DNA from: Neoechinorhynchus agilis
Lineage: Eukaryota > Animalia > Acanthocephala
Direction: 5' to 3'
DNA length: 64,000 nucleotides
Assembly: GCA_051530055.1 (NCBI GenBank)
Contig: CM121342.1
Coordinates: forward strand, 1,026,797-1,090,796
The translations under genes were made by a program, and so were the position numbers. Position 1 is the first letter of the stretch; each line of letters begins with the position of its first letter. Of this stretch, positions 51,477 through 62,427 are shown one piece after another. The notes beneath the pieces are model-generated. The model saw nothing but the letters and a program-made list of their open reading frames with translations, was not told where the DNA came from and searched no databases.

Positions 51477-51693
51477 ACTAGACATAAAGAATAGATCTTG
51501 AATAGCGTTAACTTTTTTGGTTGAAATTCAATCGAACCTATTGAGCTCCTTTTCGAAAACATCTCCAGAACACAAATGTCGAGGTCAGCGTGATTCTTTA
51601 ATGCACATAAAAAACATAGTAATTTTTGGCTTTTTGGGAATGGACAGTTTGTTCCAAACTTATTAACTGTTCTTAATCCGAAATAACGCGCTA

Positions 51694-52440
51694 CAGTCAA
51701 ATCCGATTAATTGGACCACGGGGTAATTGGACCAGCCGCTTATAGAACCGAAACAAATGTATTTACATAAGCTTAATAAGAAATTTCGTTTAATCAGGCC
51801 ACGAAATGCGAGAACGAGGCTGCGTAGTGCCGAGGCTTTAGATAGCGAGCAGTTTGTCTCGCTCCCGAAACACTAAGGCAACGATAAGGCTTGACGTTAG
51901 CTGAAAAGATTGGTTTCCTGGATAAGATCAAGCAATGGTTTCAAAATACAAGTCAGCATCGGTTGGTGGAAATTAGCGGATAATCAAAGATTACAATTTC
52001 GCAATTGATAAAACAAGGGAATGGCGCAATGTAAAGAACGAGGAACATCAAACTGGCAAAGATTTAGATCTCGATGAAGTGCGGCCCGATGAATGCAAAG
52101 CAGAAGAGCTTGCTAAAAACCTGGGCCACGATGATTTCATAGCTACGGACGGTTGATTGGAAATCTAGACACGAAATAAAATTCAAAAAGCTTATGGCTA
52201 GAAGGAAACTAATGATAGTGAAGGTGCTGAAGTGTGGAAAGTAACAAAACTGAATGAGCTTCTTGAGAAATTTACAGCAGATGACATCTACGATGCCGAT
52301 GAAACCGGGCTGTATTATTGTCGTGCTCAACACCGCGCGCTCTGGCTAAAAAATGCGATAAACCACGTAACTTTTTTTGTGCTGCTCAAAAATATCACAG
52401 GAGCGCACAAGAGGAAGCTGTTGGTCACTGATGACCTCTG
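51694..52440 (+). mobile_element. Tigger/pogo DDE transposon relic
   Basis: CAGTCAAATCCG TIR-like start after TA; KLNELLEKFTADDIYDADETGLYY (NADETGL motif). Confidence 0.75.
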
Positions 52441-52694
52441 AACCGAATTTTGACGCACAACCTTTATTTATCTCTCGACTCATCCAAATCGACATTCATA
52501 AAGCTTCTGATTCCATCGATCCCAATCTACTCTTTTTGATGCATGATTAAATTTTGTTCTTGCCGCCTGGAAAATTAAATGGTTAAAATCCTTAATAAAA
52601 AATAAATTACACTATATCGTAATAGGGAGCATCGCCTCGAACACCTTAGCAATCAACAAGGGTCCCCGAAGGAGCTGTTTTCTCTCTCATTCTT

Positions 52695-53057
52695 TGAAAC
52701 AAAACGGCCGTTAAAATATTAAATTTAAAAATGATATCATCAGAAAATCTTGCGCAGGGGTTAATACGACAAATCCCTACTTCCGCTCTTTCTCCTTTAC
52801 TGCTCAATCCTCCAAATACGAATTGATTCGAAGGAGAGAACGGAAAACAATAACTAACAATTAACCAACCAAAGTCAAAATAAACTAAAACCAACTAACG
52901 GACCACATTAAACGTACCTAAGAACAAAAATTCTTCAAATCTCTGCATGAATCTTAAGGAAGTATCGAAAACAATTTCCTGCAAATTTCGGTGTTCATGA
53001 GGACCCAATGATACATGGATCCTTTTCTTTGTTAATTAACAAATAAATGTGTTATTA
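52695..53057. repeat. Dispersed repeat, inverted partner of 41304-41667
   Basis: Near-identical reverse complement. Confidence 0.9.
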
Positions 53058-53069
53058 TTAACAGTTAAA

Positions 53070-53470
53070 ATGTTCTTTATTTTTCAAAAGCTCTTTGTCC
53101 GTCATCATTTTGACATTCAATGGGCGCGTCCACATACATCTAAGAAACAGCAACCTTTCTTCAAGTGCTTCAAGGACTTGCCACAAGCATCTAACACAGC
53201 AATGCCTTCATCCCACTTTGTCACTTGCACCGATTTATCCGGGGCACCATCATCACGTTCCGGATCTTCTTTACCTTCCATTTTATTAGCCGCAGGGATG
53301 TGTGCAAGGCCTCAAGAACGAGACGCCTTCCAAGATTTGGCATAAATTCAGCGCCTTTAAAATCTATGCGATGTTGCATTCGGTCAAACAATGCAGGGCA
53401 TTCCGACGAGAGTCACTTAACATAAACAAGCCTGTCGACGGTTCGATCGCTCATTTGCGATTTCAAAATC
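53070..53470 (+). mobile_element. Possible mariner-like transposase relic
   Basis: WARPHTSKK resembles DNARPH; HHHVPDLLYLPFY loosely resembles HPPYSPDLAP.DF. Confidence 0.35.
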
Positions 53471-53580
53471 GACTGAATTTGGTAAAATGACGTCACACCT
53501 AGCACTTTTTGTATGTTCTTCCGTATTTCTTCGTGCATCGTCGGCCTCCCGTCTTTTGTTCTTAAACTCATCTTGGAACA

Positions 53581-54060
53581 ATGCCTGCAGCTCGGCGTCA
53601 CACTCGGAACCAAAAAGTTAAAAAAACTCGGAAGCTTAGAGGTCACGTATCTCACGGTCATGGCCGTATTGGTAAGCACAGGAAGCATCCTGGAGGTCGG
53701 GGAAAAGCAGGTGGTCTCACTCATTTACGGACGAATTTCGATCGGTTCCATCCCGGTTATTTTGGAAAACTGGGGATTCGGGACACTCACCTTTTGAAAA
53801 ACCGCCACTATCTACCGATTATAAACACAAACGTTCTTTGGAATCTTGTGCCCGAAGAAGTCCGTCTCAAGTATAGAAATCTTAACAATAATGACCTTAG
53901 CCATGTTCCAGTGATTGACGTCACGAAGTTCGGATATTTCAAAGTGCTCGGGAAAGGAAAGATGCCAAAGCAACCAATAATCGTTAAGGCTAAACTTTTC
54001 TCTAGGCGCGCTGAGGAGAAGATAAAATCCGTTGGTGGAGCTTGCATTCTTGTGGCCTAA
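53581..54060 (+). CDS. RPL27A: 60S ribosomal protein L27a (uL15), uninterrupted
   Basis: [56 protein letters not shown]. Confidence 0.98.
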   Translation: MPAARRHTRNQKVKKTRKLRGHVSHGHGRIGKHRKHPGGRGKAGGLTHLRTNFDRFHPGYFGKLGIRDTHLLKNRHYLPIINTNVLWNLVPEEVRLKYRNLNNNDLSHVPVIDVTKFGYFKVLGKGKMPKQPIIVKAKLFSRRAEEKIKSVGGACILVA

Positions 54061-54176
54061 AAATGCCACCTAGAAAAAAGAATAAAGGACGTGTTTGGAA
54101 GTGCTTGTAGGTTGAACCCTTGCTGATTTTTTTAAAGGAAAATCCTGTGATCTAAATTTACATCACTCACGAATTC

Positions 54177-54914
54177 TTATTCAAAATGAATTTCCTTCCC
54201 AATTTTGACAGAATCTTTTCGTTGTTCGAATCCTACTTTATACGTTTGGCGTATTCGCTTCCGTTGACGTATAGAGGATTTTATTTTCGTTGGGCAGATT
54301 CCATTCAAGCAGACGTTAATTATACCAATCGGTCCGGAGTGAAGTTCAATTGTCGTGTTTTCGTTTTCTGCGTCTACGATTTCGTCTTTATCGGCCTCTC
54401 CTCTCGATTGCGTTGCGATTTCATCGGTACTCATTTCGGTTTCATCCGTAATCATTTCGGTTTCATCCGTAATCATTTCGGTTTCATCCGTAATCATTTC
54501 GGTTTCATCCGTAATCATTTCGGTTTCATCCGTAATCATTTCGGTTTCATCGGTATTCATTGTTGTTGTTCGATCAAACGTTTTAGGTGAATAATACGGA
54601 ATTGTTGAGAACGATAACGACTCAATGCCCTCGGTCTGGTATTTGTGGCAAACGGTTCTCACTTTATCCACAAATGATTTTATGATAACACCAACACGGC
54701 TATTACTGTTAGGCATGTCGTACCAATCAACAGAATCCAATATTGATTTTAATTTAGCGCCGTCTTCATTTGACAGACCATGGGATACATGGAAGGCAAT
54801 CAAATGGATTTGGTCGATTTGTCGATTAGGCAATGAAATGCTAGGTTCCGTCATGCGATTCGTTGGAGTCGCCGAGTCCGGAATGCTTATGGATAAAATC
54901 CAAATTAATATCAT
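54177..54914 (-). CDS. Hypothetical protein with TDETEMI repeats
   Basis: 245 aa ORF whose 21 bp repeat preserves the frame. Confidence 0.55.
   Translation of the reverse strand: MILIWILSISIPDSATPTNRMTEPSISLPNRQIDQIHLIAFHVSHGLSNEDGAKLKSILDSVDWYDMPNSNSRVGVIIKSFVDKVRTVCHKYQTEGIESLSFSTIPYYSPKTFDRTTTMNTDETEMITDETEMITDETEMITDETEMITDETEMITDETEMSTDEIATQSRGEADKDEIVDAENENTTIELHSGPIGIINVCLNGICPTKIKSSIRQRKRIRQTYKVGFEQRKDSVKIGKEIHFE
54418..54557. repeat. 21 bp tandem repeat, about 6 units
   Basis: (CATTTCGGTTTCATCCGTAAT)n. Confidence 0.95.
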
Positions 54915-55057
54915 ATTCGCGCTGAAGTGGGTGGGCTATTTCGGTTGGGTAGGAACTAATAAAAGTCTTTAGGGTAGCTGTGACCTAAATTTGGTGTTTC
55001 AAAATGATTGACACGGATGTTTCTCAACGATTAAAGGGAGACCGGAACAAGCTTTTA

Positions 55058-55540
55058 TTAGAACGCAAACTCATCTTTTAGTGAACCCACGATTAGAACG
55101 TCGTCCAGTTCACACTTTTTTTCATATTTTTCGTGCTTTTGTTCCTTAAATGCAATTGCGTATTCGATCAACCGAGCCAGCTTTCGGCGTGGAAAAGGAC
55201 TCTTTGCACCTACACGGATTGGAGGTAGGTCTTCGAGGTCATCGTTGTAAATTTTATCAACTTGGTATAATTCGGCTAATAGATCGTTGTTCTGAACTGG
55301 GTTTTTGTCCAATGATGGTCCATCGCCGCCACTGTTGACTGTTTCGCCTTTCAAATTTGAATTTCGTCGTCTTGCGTCCTCGAATGAGTCATACCCGAAT
55401 CTATAATCTATTGAAATCGTTTCTTCGGATGAACTTTGAATGCACTTGCTCTTCAGTCTCGTACGTTGGATATTTATTGCAACGGACAACACTATTTTTG
55501 ATCGTTCCCCATTCCCTCTGCCGCTACTCCCTATTAGCAA
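55058..55540 (-). CDS. Hypothetical ORF; no in-frame ATG upstream, may be an internal exon
   Basis: 160 aa; its stop codon sits inside the left arm of a 10 bp inverted repeat. Confidence 0.4.
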   Translation of the reverse strand: MLIGSSGRGNGERSKIVLSVAINIQRTRLKSKCIQSSSEETISIDYRFGYDSFEDARRRNSNLKGETVNSGGDGPSLDKNPVQNNDLLAELYQVDKIYNDDLEDLPPIRVGAKSPFPRRKLARLIEYAIAFKEQKHEKYEKKCELDDVLIVGSLKDEFAF

Positions 55541-56239
55541 AATGATTTTTTTGAAGTCTGGCCGGCCGGTAACTTTTATTCCAAGGAAAAATATCGACCG
55601 TGAAGAAAGTCAAACATAGATACTGAATATTTAAATATATTAACTGAATTTTTGTGTCCTCAAAGCTACTTTATTATTTTTATTTTTGATAACGGAAAGA
55701 AAACTTAAGAATATTTCGGAAAGTACAGATTTTGGTTAAACTAATTGAACACAAATACGCCCTACGATGTGGCGATACTGCGACTTCAACGATTTTAAAT
55801 CATGCTCACCGAATCACACACACAATCGGATTCGACAAGACCGATGTCCTCTGCAAGGAACAGAGAAAATTCCATCGACTGATAAAAGAGTCGATATTTG
55901 TATTGAAATGGCCACCCTTCAAATACGTGCAGTTGGCCTAAATGCACCCAGGGAGGCTGGTCTTCGCCTGCGAGGTTGACGATCCCGGCTTCCCGAGTCA
56001 ATACGAAAACAATCATGTCGCTTGTTTTGTGACAAATTCCTCTGTAATTTTTTAGATTCAATTGATAAAATGACCGATTCAATCGGTCGAAATATATTTG
56101 TCTTTAATGCGATCTCCCTCGGGTGTCCACAAGCGACCTAAATAACAACGAAAAACTCAAAATGTTGGGCCAGTTTCGTTCGAGATAAACACGCACCAAT
56201 CGAAATTTAAAAGCCAAGATTTAGCGGAAAAAATTGTCG

Positions 56240-58422
56240 CTAAAAAAAATGAGTTGTCCATCGCTGTATTAAAAGCTCTGCACTAATTCTTAACAATTTG
56301 CATGACCATGCCACTTCCATAAATTGAATTTCCCATTTTTCGACCGGGAAGGATTTCACAGATCGCATGAATCGCTTACCGCTAACACATTTTATGGTAC
56401 TGACGTTTTCTATGTCTTTTTTAAAGATAAGATGTATTTGACCATGCTTTTCAGAATCCGGAACCGCGTTCATGTGCTGCTCTAGAATGCACAATGAAGG
56501 GATGTTTACCTCGAATCCATTTTCAGGCCAACTATGGCCTTCTTCGCTCAATAAAATGTTTTCGCCATTTTCAAATCGAAAAACGTAACACGAATCAATT
56601 GCCGTGGACTCGTGCCTTCCTTGTTCCTTCAATTCAACTTTACGCTCTTCAAAATCTTCTTTTACAAAGACACTTTTCGAGTCATCATGAAATTTGTGCT
56701 TTGGACCGTTATGGGCCACAGGGACACAGAATGTGTCGCCTTCGCTTTCGTCTTGCAGTAAAATGCTGTGTTCACCCTCTAAAAGGAATCTGAAGCACTT
56801 TTCAGGGGCAAATGTGAGCGGATCTTGTTCAAGGGCTTCGTGTACACGTACCTCCTCGTTTTCCATAAAACTTACTAGCCAGCCATCTTCTCTAAGTAAA
56901 CGGCTTTCATCTCCTTCTAGAAGTATTCGATAACATTGATCGTCTCCAACAAACTCATCTTTACCATTGTCTTTTATGTAAGTGGCGGGTAGAGTTTCAT
57001 CCGGATTCTCGGGCACGGTTTTCATTTCACATTTTGAAAAACTTTGGCCTTGTTCCTTCAACAAAAGACTTTTCTCATCTTCAAAAATGAAACGATGGCA
57101 CTCGAGGTCACCATCGTCTTTATCAATGTCGATTTTAGGTGATGATGAACGAGACTGTTTTTCAGCCGGATTCTCGGACACGGTTTTCATTTCACATTTT
57201 GAAAAACTTTGGCCTTGTTCCTTCAACAAAAGACTTTTCTCATCTTCAAAAATGAAACGATGGCACTCGAGGTCACCATCGTCTTTATCAATGTCGATTT
57301 TAGGTGATGATGAACGAGACTGTTTTTCAGCCGGATTCTCGGACACGGTTTTCATTTCACATTTTGAAAAACTTTGGCCTTGTTCCTTCAACAAAAGACT
57401 TTTCTCATCTTCAAAAATGAAACGATGGCACTCGAGGTCACCATCGTCTTTATCAATGTCGATTTTAGGTGATGATGAACGAGACTGTTTTTCAGCCGGA
57501 TTCTCGGACACGGTTTTCATTTCACATTTTGAAAAACTTTGGCCTTGTTCCTTCAACAAAAGACTTTTCTCATCTTCAAAAATGAAACGATGGCACTCGA
57601 GGTCACCATCGTCTTTATCAATGTCGATTTTAGGTGATGATGAACGAGACTGTTTTTCAGCCGGATTCTCTGAGACTGTTTTTCAGCCGGACTCTCGGGT
57701 ACGGTTTTCATTTCACATTTTGAAAAACTTTGGCCTTGTTCCTTCAGCAAAAGACTTTTCTCATCTTCAAAAATGAAACGGTGGCACTCGAGGTCACCAT
57801 CGTCTTTATCAATGTCGATTTTAGGTGATGATGAATGAGACTGTTTTTCAGCCGGATTCTCCATGTCGGATTCATAATTCGTAGAGACGATATCGTTTTC
57901 GACTGTTGACTCCTTATGAATTTCTTCATCCTGAAAAGAGCTTTGGTCTTTTTCTCCCATCACCGTTTCAAATCTTAGATCACCATTTAGTTCATGGACG
58001 TCGCTTTCTTCGTCTTCTGTTGACTTTATTGAGAAGATTTCCTTTTCGAGTTTGACCATTGACCGTACTTCAAGGGAGGCCCGGTAACACCCGCATTTTC
58101 CCCTTTTTTCACCATCCTCGGCTAAGGTGGTTGGATTTTTAGGCCATATATCGATCAGAAATACACTTTCTTCTTTTTCTCGAGGAAAACATTCAGTAGG
58201 GATCACAACGACTTGCGATAAACTTAACGTGGAAGATTGTCTAGAACAACTAAACGTTTCCTCAAATACGACAACGTTGGAGGTTTTCCGTAAAATTGGA
58301 TGTCTAAGTGTAGCTTTAAGACTTTTAAAGTATTCAATAATTGGAAAACCTTGTGTGCGATTGACGTTGCAACAATAGATTTCGTATTCTTCAACATTAT
58401 TATGAAGTTTAAAAGTGCGCAT
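56240..58422 (-). CDS. Acidic repeat protein, split by a 26 bp duplication near 57661-57686
   Basis: ORFs 57553..58422 and 56240..57559 share the 55 aa repeat; removing 26 nt fuses them. Confidence 0.6.
57001..57862. repeat. 165 bp (55 codon) tandem repeat, about 5 units
   Basis: CCGGATTCTC recurs at 57001, 57166, 57331, 57496, 57661 and 57852. Confidence 0.95.
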
Positions 58423-58908
58423 TATTGAACATTGAACGTCAACGATATTTTTCGATGTCTTGGATTATTATCTTCGGTATGGGGGGATAGAGACTTTCTT
58501 TTTCTTAGTTATACCATCGCTCGGATTTAGATTCACTAATTTATTTCCCCGGTATTTCACCTCTCGGATTATTCCGACATTTAATCAGAGTTTATTATTA
58601 AAAAGGAATATTGAGCGTCTTTTAATAATAAAAAATGACAAACCGAATCAGAAGGGTGGCGAAACTACCAAAGGAAGGATATTTTTTCGATTTGAAAGGT
58701 GTTAAACTATTAGAAAAATTCTCATGAATGGTTCTTGAACATAATCTCTCAGTTAAGGATTTTCCTTTACTATTATTGTGGAACCTCGTCTCATCAGTCA
58801 TTATTAAAGTGTTTCGAGATAAAAATGAAAATTATAAAGCTGTTTTCGCAGTTTCATAATAATAAAGGAATCTTGAACGTGGGATTATGTTCAAAAACCA
58901 TTCAACAT

Positions 58909-59433
58909 TTACCATCCCGAATTATCTTCTTTAGTCCCTCTCTTCTTACTGAAATGTTCAATTAAGCGCATAAATCTCATTGTTTTAAATGGTTTCTTAT
59001 ATTCCATGACACGATACTTTGCATTTATGAACGTCTTTGTAACTGGCACCAAGTGATATTCTTTATACTTTAAACTTCCACGACGCATTTGTTGCCTGAT
59101 TGTCGTTATCGAAAGCGAGGAGACTGTAATGGGTGATTGATTAGCACAAGACCAAGTCGAAGGTATGACGTAGAGTTCGCTGATTTCAAGTTTAAATAGA
59201 TCGCCATTGCTGATATAACGCATCACCGACGAAGAAGAAGAAGATCGGTCAATGGATTCCTTATTTTTCACAAATGGATGCCGAGGACTCAAAGGTGAAT
59301 TATCGATACTTTTGGCCTGTTGCACCAGAGAAGTTGACTTTTTGGGCGCTTTTGTCTTGAACGGGCCAGTCATTTTGACCGATTTTAAAAACAAGTTCTC
59401 TTCAGAATACTTTTTAGTTTGTTGCCATGGCAA
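58909..59433 (-). CDS. Hypothetical basic protein, 174 aa, divergent from PRPF40A
   Basis: ATG-initiated ORF 175 bp from the PRPF40A start; family not recognised. Confidence 0.5.
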   Translation of the reverse strand: MPWQQTKKYSEENLFLKSVKMTGPFKTKAPKKSTSLVQQAKSIDNSPLSPRHPFVKNKESIDRSSSSSSVMRYISNGDLFKLEISELYVIPSTWSCANQSPITVSSLSITTIRQQMRRGSLKYKEYHLVPVTKTFINAKYRVMEYKKPFKTMRFMRLIEHFSKKRGTKEDNSGW

Positions 59434-59607
59434 CGCATTTTAAACACTTTCGGCGGTCACTTTTGAGTTTAACAACAAAAAGAGGTTTTCAATTTTTGTC
59501 AGGAAGCGTCCACTTGTTTTAATTGAGACGTAAACACATCCGTCATCAATCGGAAAGAACGTCTGTTCGTCGCAGTTTCCGCCTAGAGCTGTGTGCGTGT
59601 TGGGTCA

Positions 59608-62427
59608 ATGACGGAAAATGAAGTTAAATGGACGGCTCACAAATCTCCAGCTGATGGACGGACCTATTATTACAATAACGAAACGAACGAATCTCGTTGG
59701 GATAAACCGGACGAGCTTAAAAGTGAGCCGGACACGACGACGTGCCAGAGTGTTTGGCGAGAGCTTCGGTCTCGAGAAGGGAAAACGTATTATTTTAATA
59801 CACAAACTAAGGAAAGTCAATGGACTCGTCCTACGGAATGCATCGAAAAACAAGAAGATTCAAATAGTCATTATAGTCCGAAAACTCCTCCAACCTTGAA
59901 CGATGACATGAGTGCTCGTAAGAAGGCAATGGAGGGATTTAGAGCTCGCGTGACTGATGCCCATAGGGTTTTAGTCTTTAAGATGTTTGAACACAACCAA
60001 GTCGCCATTTTCAATGCTTAAATTAGTCCATATTCTGCGTCTTTATTTTATATCCGTTTTCTTCGATCAATCGATTAGCCATTTGTTAAAAAAAAGATGA
60101 AAGTTGACAATTTTACGCTGAAAAAAAATTCGTCGAGTCAACCCATAGATTAAATAAACTTTTTTTCCTGCATTCAATCCTTTAGTTTTCATTATATCCC
60201 TCATTCCGCGCAACTCCATTGGGCCGTTGTTATCACGCTTGCCGTGTTGCCCCGTTGAATAGCCACACTCAAGCGTTGGATGAGGTAGTTCCTTTGTCTG
60301 TGATCGCCGCTGGTTTTTATGAGTAGTCAGCCCATCTCCGCGCAAAATTTCTATGCCGACACTCCAAACGCCCCATTTGTCTCCACACTGAAAGGAAGGA
60401 ATAGGTGAGTGGTTTCGATTCAACGTCTTTATTTTATATCCGCTTTCTTCGATCAAACGGTTTGCCATTTGTTAAAAAAAGATGAAAGTTGACAACTTTA
60501 CGCTGAAAACAACAAAGTCACACTTGTAAGTTCCGCCAAGGATTCGTCGTCCGAGACGAAAATTCGTCGAGCAAACCATCATAGATTTTAATATAAAGCG
60601 GGGAAAACAAGTTATCGTCGTTCGTTCCCCTAATGGCCAATTTTACCGGATAATAACAAAACATCCCTGGACCTCATGAAAAGTCTTGTTTTATCTTCTT
60701 TTTTACTTTCCAGCACTTTAGATTAATGACCTTTGTCATGTTTGAACATTGAATTAAAAAAAGTGATTGAATCCGAAAATCCATTACTGCCCAGATCGGC
60801 CCACGCGTGCTATAGAGAGCTTTTAAGAGAAAAGAATGTTCCAAGTACGAGTAATTGGGATCAAGTTTATAAACTCGTCTCTGGAGATCCTCGATATGAT
60901 CTTCTGAGTACGGTGAGTGACCGTAAGCAAGCATTTAACGGATACAAAGTTCAAAAGCAAAAAGAAGAACGTGAACAAGAACGAATGCGGTTAAAGAAAG
61001 CTAAAGAAGACCTTGAGAATTTCCTTCAAGCCTGTGAATACATGAGTTCCAATATTGTGTACAAGAAAGCTCATCAGATGTTCGGACATTTACAAGTGTG
61101 GGTTAATGTGCCGGAACGTGAGAGACGCGAGCTTTTCGAGGACGTTGTGTTCTTTTTGGAGAAACGAGAAAAGGATGAAATTAGACAACTTCAGCGAAGT
61201 AATATGACGAATTTGAAGAAGATATTCGAGCATTTGAGTCGGGTTGGTCACGAAACAACATGGACGCAGGTACAAGAGTATTTGTTGGCATCGAAAGCGT
61301 TCAAATCGAATGCGAATCTTCAGAAGATGGATAAAGAAGACGCTTTGGTTGTGTTTGAGGATCATATTCGACAGTTGCAGATTCGACATGACGAAGATAT
61401 GGAGCGGTATCGTCGGTTGGTGTTCAGGAGTGAAAGAAAGAACCGAGAAGCGTTTCTTGATTTACTAGATGAACTTCGAGATGCGAAGAAGTTGACATGT
61501 CGAAGTATGTGGAGAGAAGTTTATCCCGTGTTTAGATCGGATGATCGATTTTTGAACATGGTTGGACAACCGGGAAGCACTCCATTGGACCTGTTTAAGT
61601 TTTACGTGGATGCATTAAAGACTCGGTATGATCAAGATCGTAGATTAATAAAATCTATATTAAGAGACGCGGAATTCGAAGTTCATCCAAAGAAGACGGA
61701 TTATGAGGATTTCGTGAGAGTTGTAAAAGATGACAAGAGGAGTGATAGGTTGGACGAGGACAACATTCCACTTGCGTTTGCTAGTTGTGTTCAACGAGCA
61801 ATTGAAGAAGAACGAGAACGTATTCGGGAGCAGCAAAGGAAACAACGTAGAGCGGAAACGTCTTTTCGGCGGCGATTGAGACATTTGAAGCTTAAGGATG
61901 ATAGTCAGTATGATGAATTCGAGAAGGAGATTGAAGAGTTCGAGGAAGCTGACATGTTTAATCGTGAAGAACGGGAGAAAATGTTTTGCGAAGTGCTTTT
62001 ATCTCTGAAGGAAGCTGAGACGTTGATGAGAAAAAGGAAGCAGCAGCAGAGTGGACGACAAGTTGAACAGTTATTACCCGCTCCATCTTCTTCATCGGCC
62101 GATGAAGAAGAGGAAGGCGAGGTGGCTCGAAGAAAGAGAAAGAAGGAAAAGAAAAGGAGGAAAAAGAGCACAAAGTCAAGGAAAAAGTCGAAGAAAAGGA
62201 GGAAAGTGAAGAGGAGAAAGTCAACAACCAGCTCGGCGGAAAGCACGAGCGAGGAATCGGATGAGTCGAGTGAATCCGAAGATCTTACGAGTTCGTCAGA
62301 TGAATATAATAGCTCGGAGCGAGATTCAGGCGATAAAAAGGGATCGACTGATAGTGAAACAGAGTCGGTGGACGAGGGAAAAAAGAAGAAGAAAAGTAAG
62401 AAGTCAAAGAAAGCGTCCAAAAAATGA
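59608..62427 (+). CDS. PRPF40A: Pre-mRNA processing factor 40 (WW and FF domains); join(59608..59940,60814..62427), 648 aa
   Basis: Two WW domains ([19 protein letters not shown]; W......GKTYYFN..SQWTRP); FF repeats [26 protein letters not shown]; K/S-rich tail. Confidence 0.95.
59941..60813 (+). other. T|A...T|A intervening sequence with terminal inverted repeats (873 nt)
   Basis: TTT|AGAGCTCGCGTG...CACGCGTGCTAT|AGA; 10 of 12 terminal positions pair; removal gives F-R-E-L-L-R-E-K. Confidence 0.8.

Noticed and set aside
60280-60301. TGAGGTAGT let-7-like seed
   Set aside because: No convincing pre-miRNA hairpin, and the 3' part does not resemble let-7 family members.
42928-60813. Gene breaks as simple sequencing frameshifts or stop-site ribosomal frameshifting
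   Set aside because: Homology requires removing tens to hundreds of nucleotides at ACY1, IBA57 and PRPF40A, not 1-2 nt.
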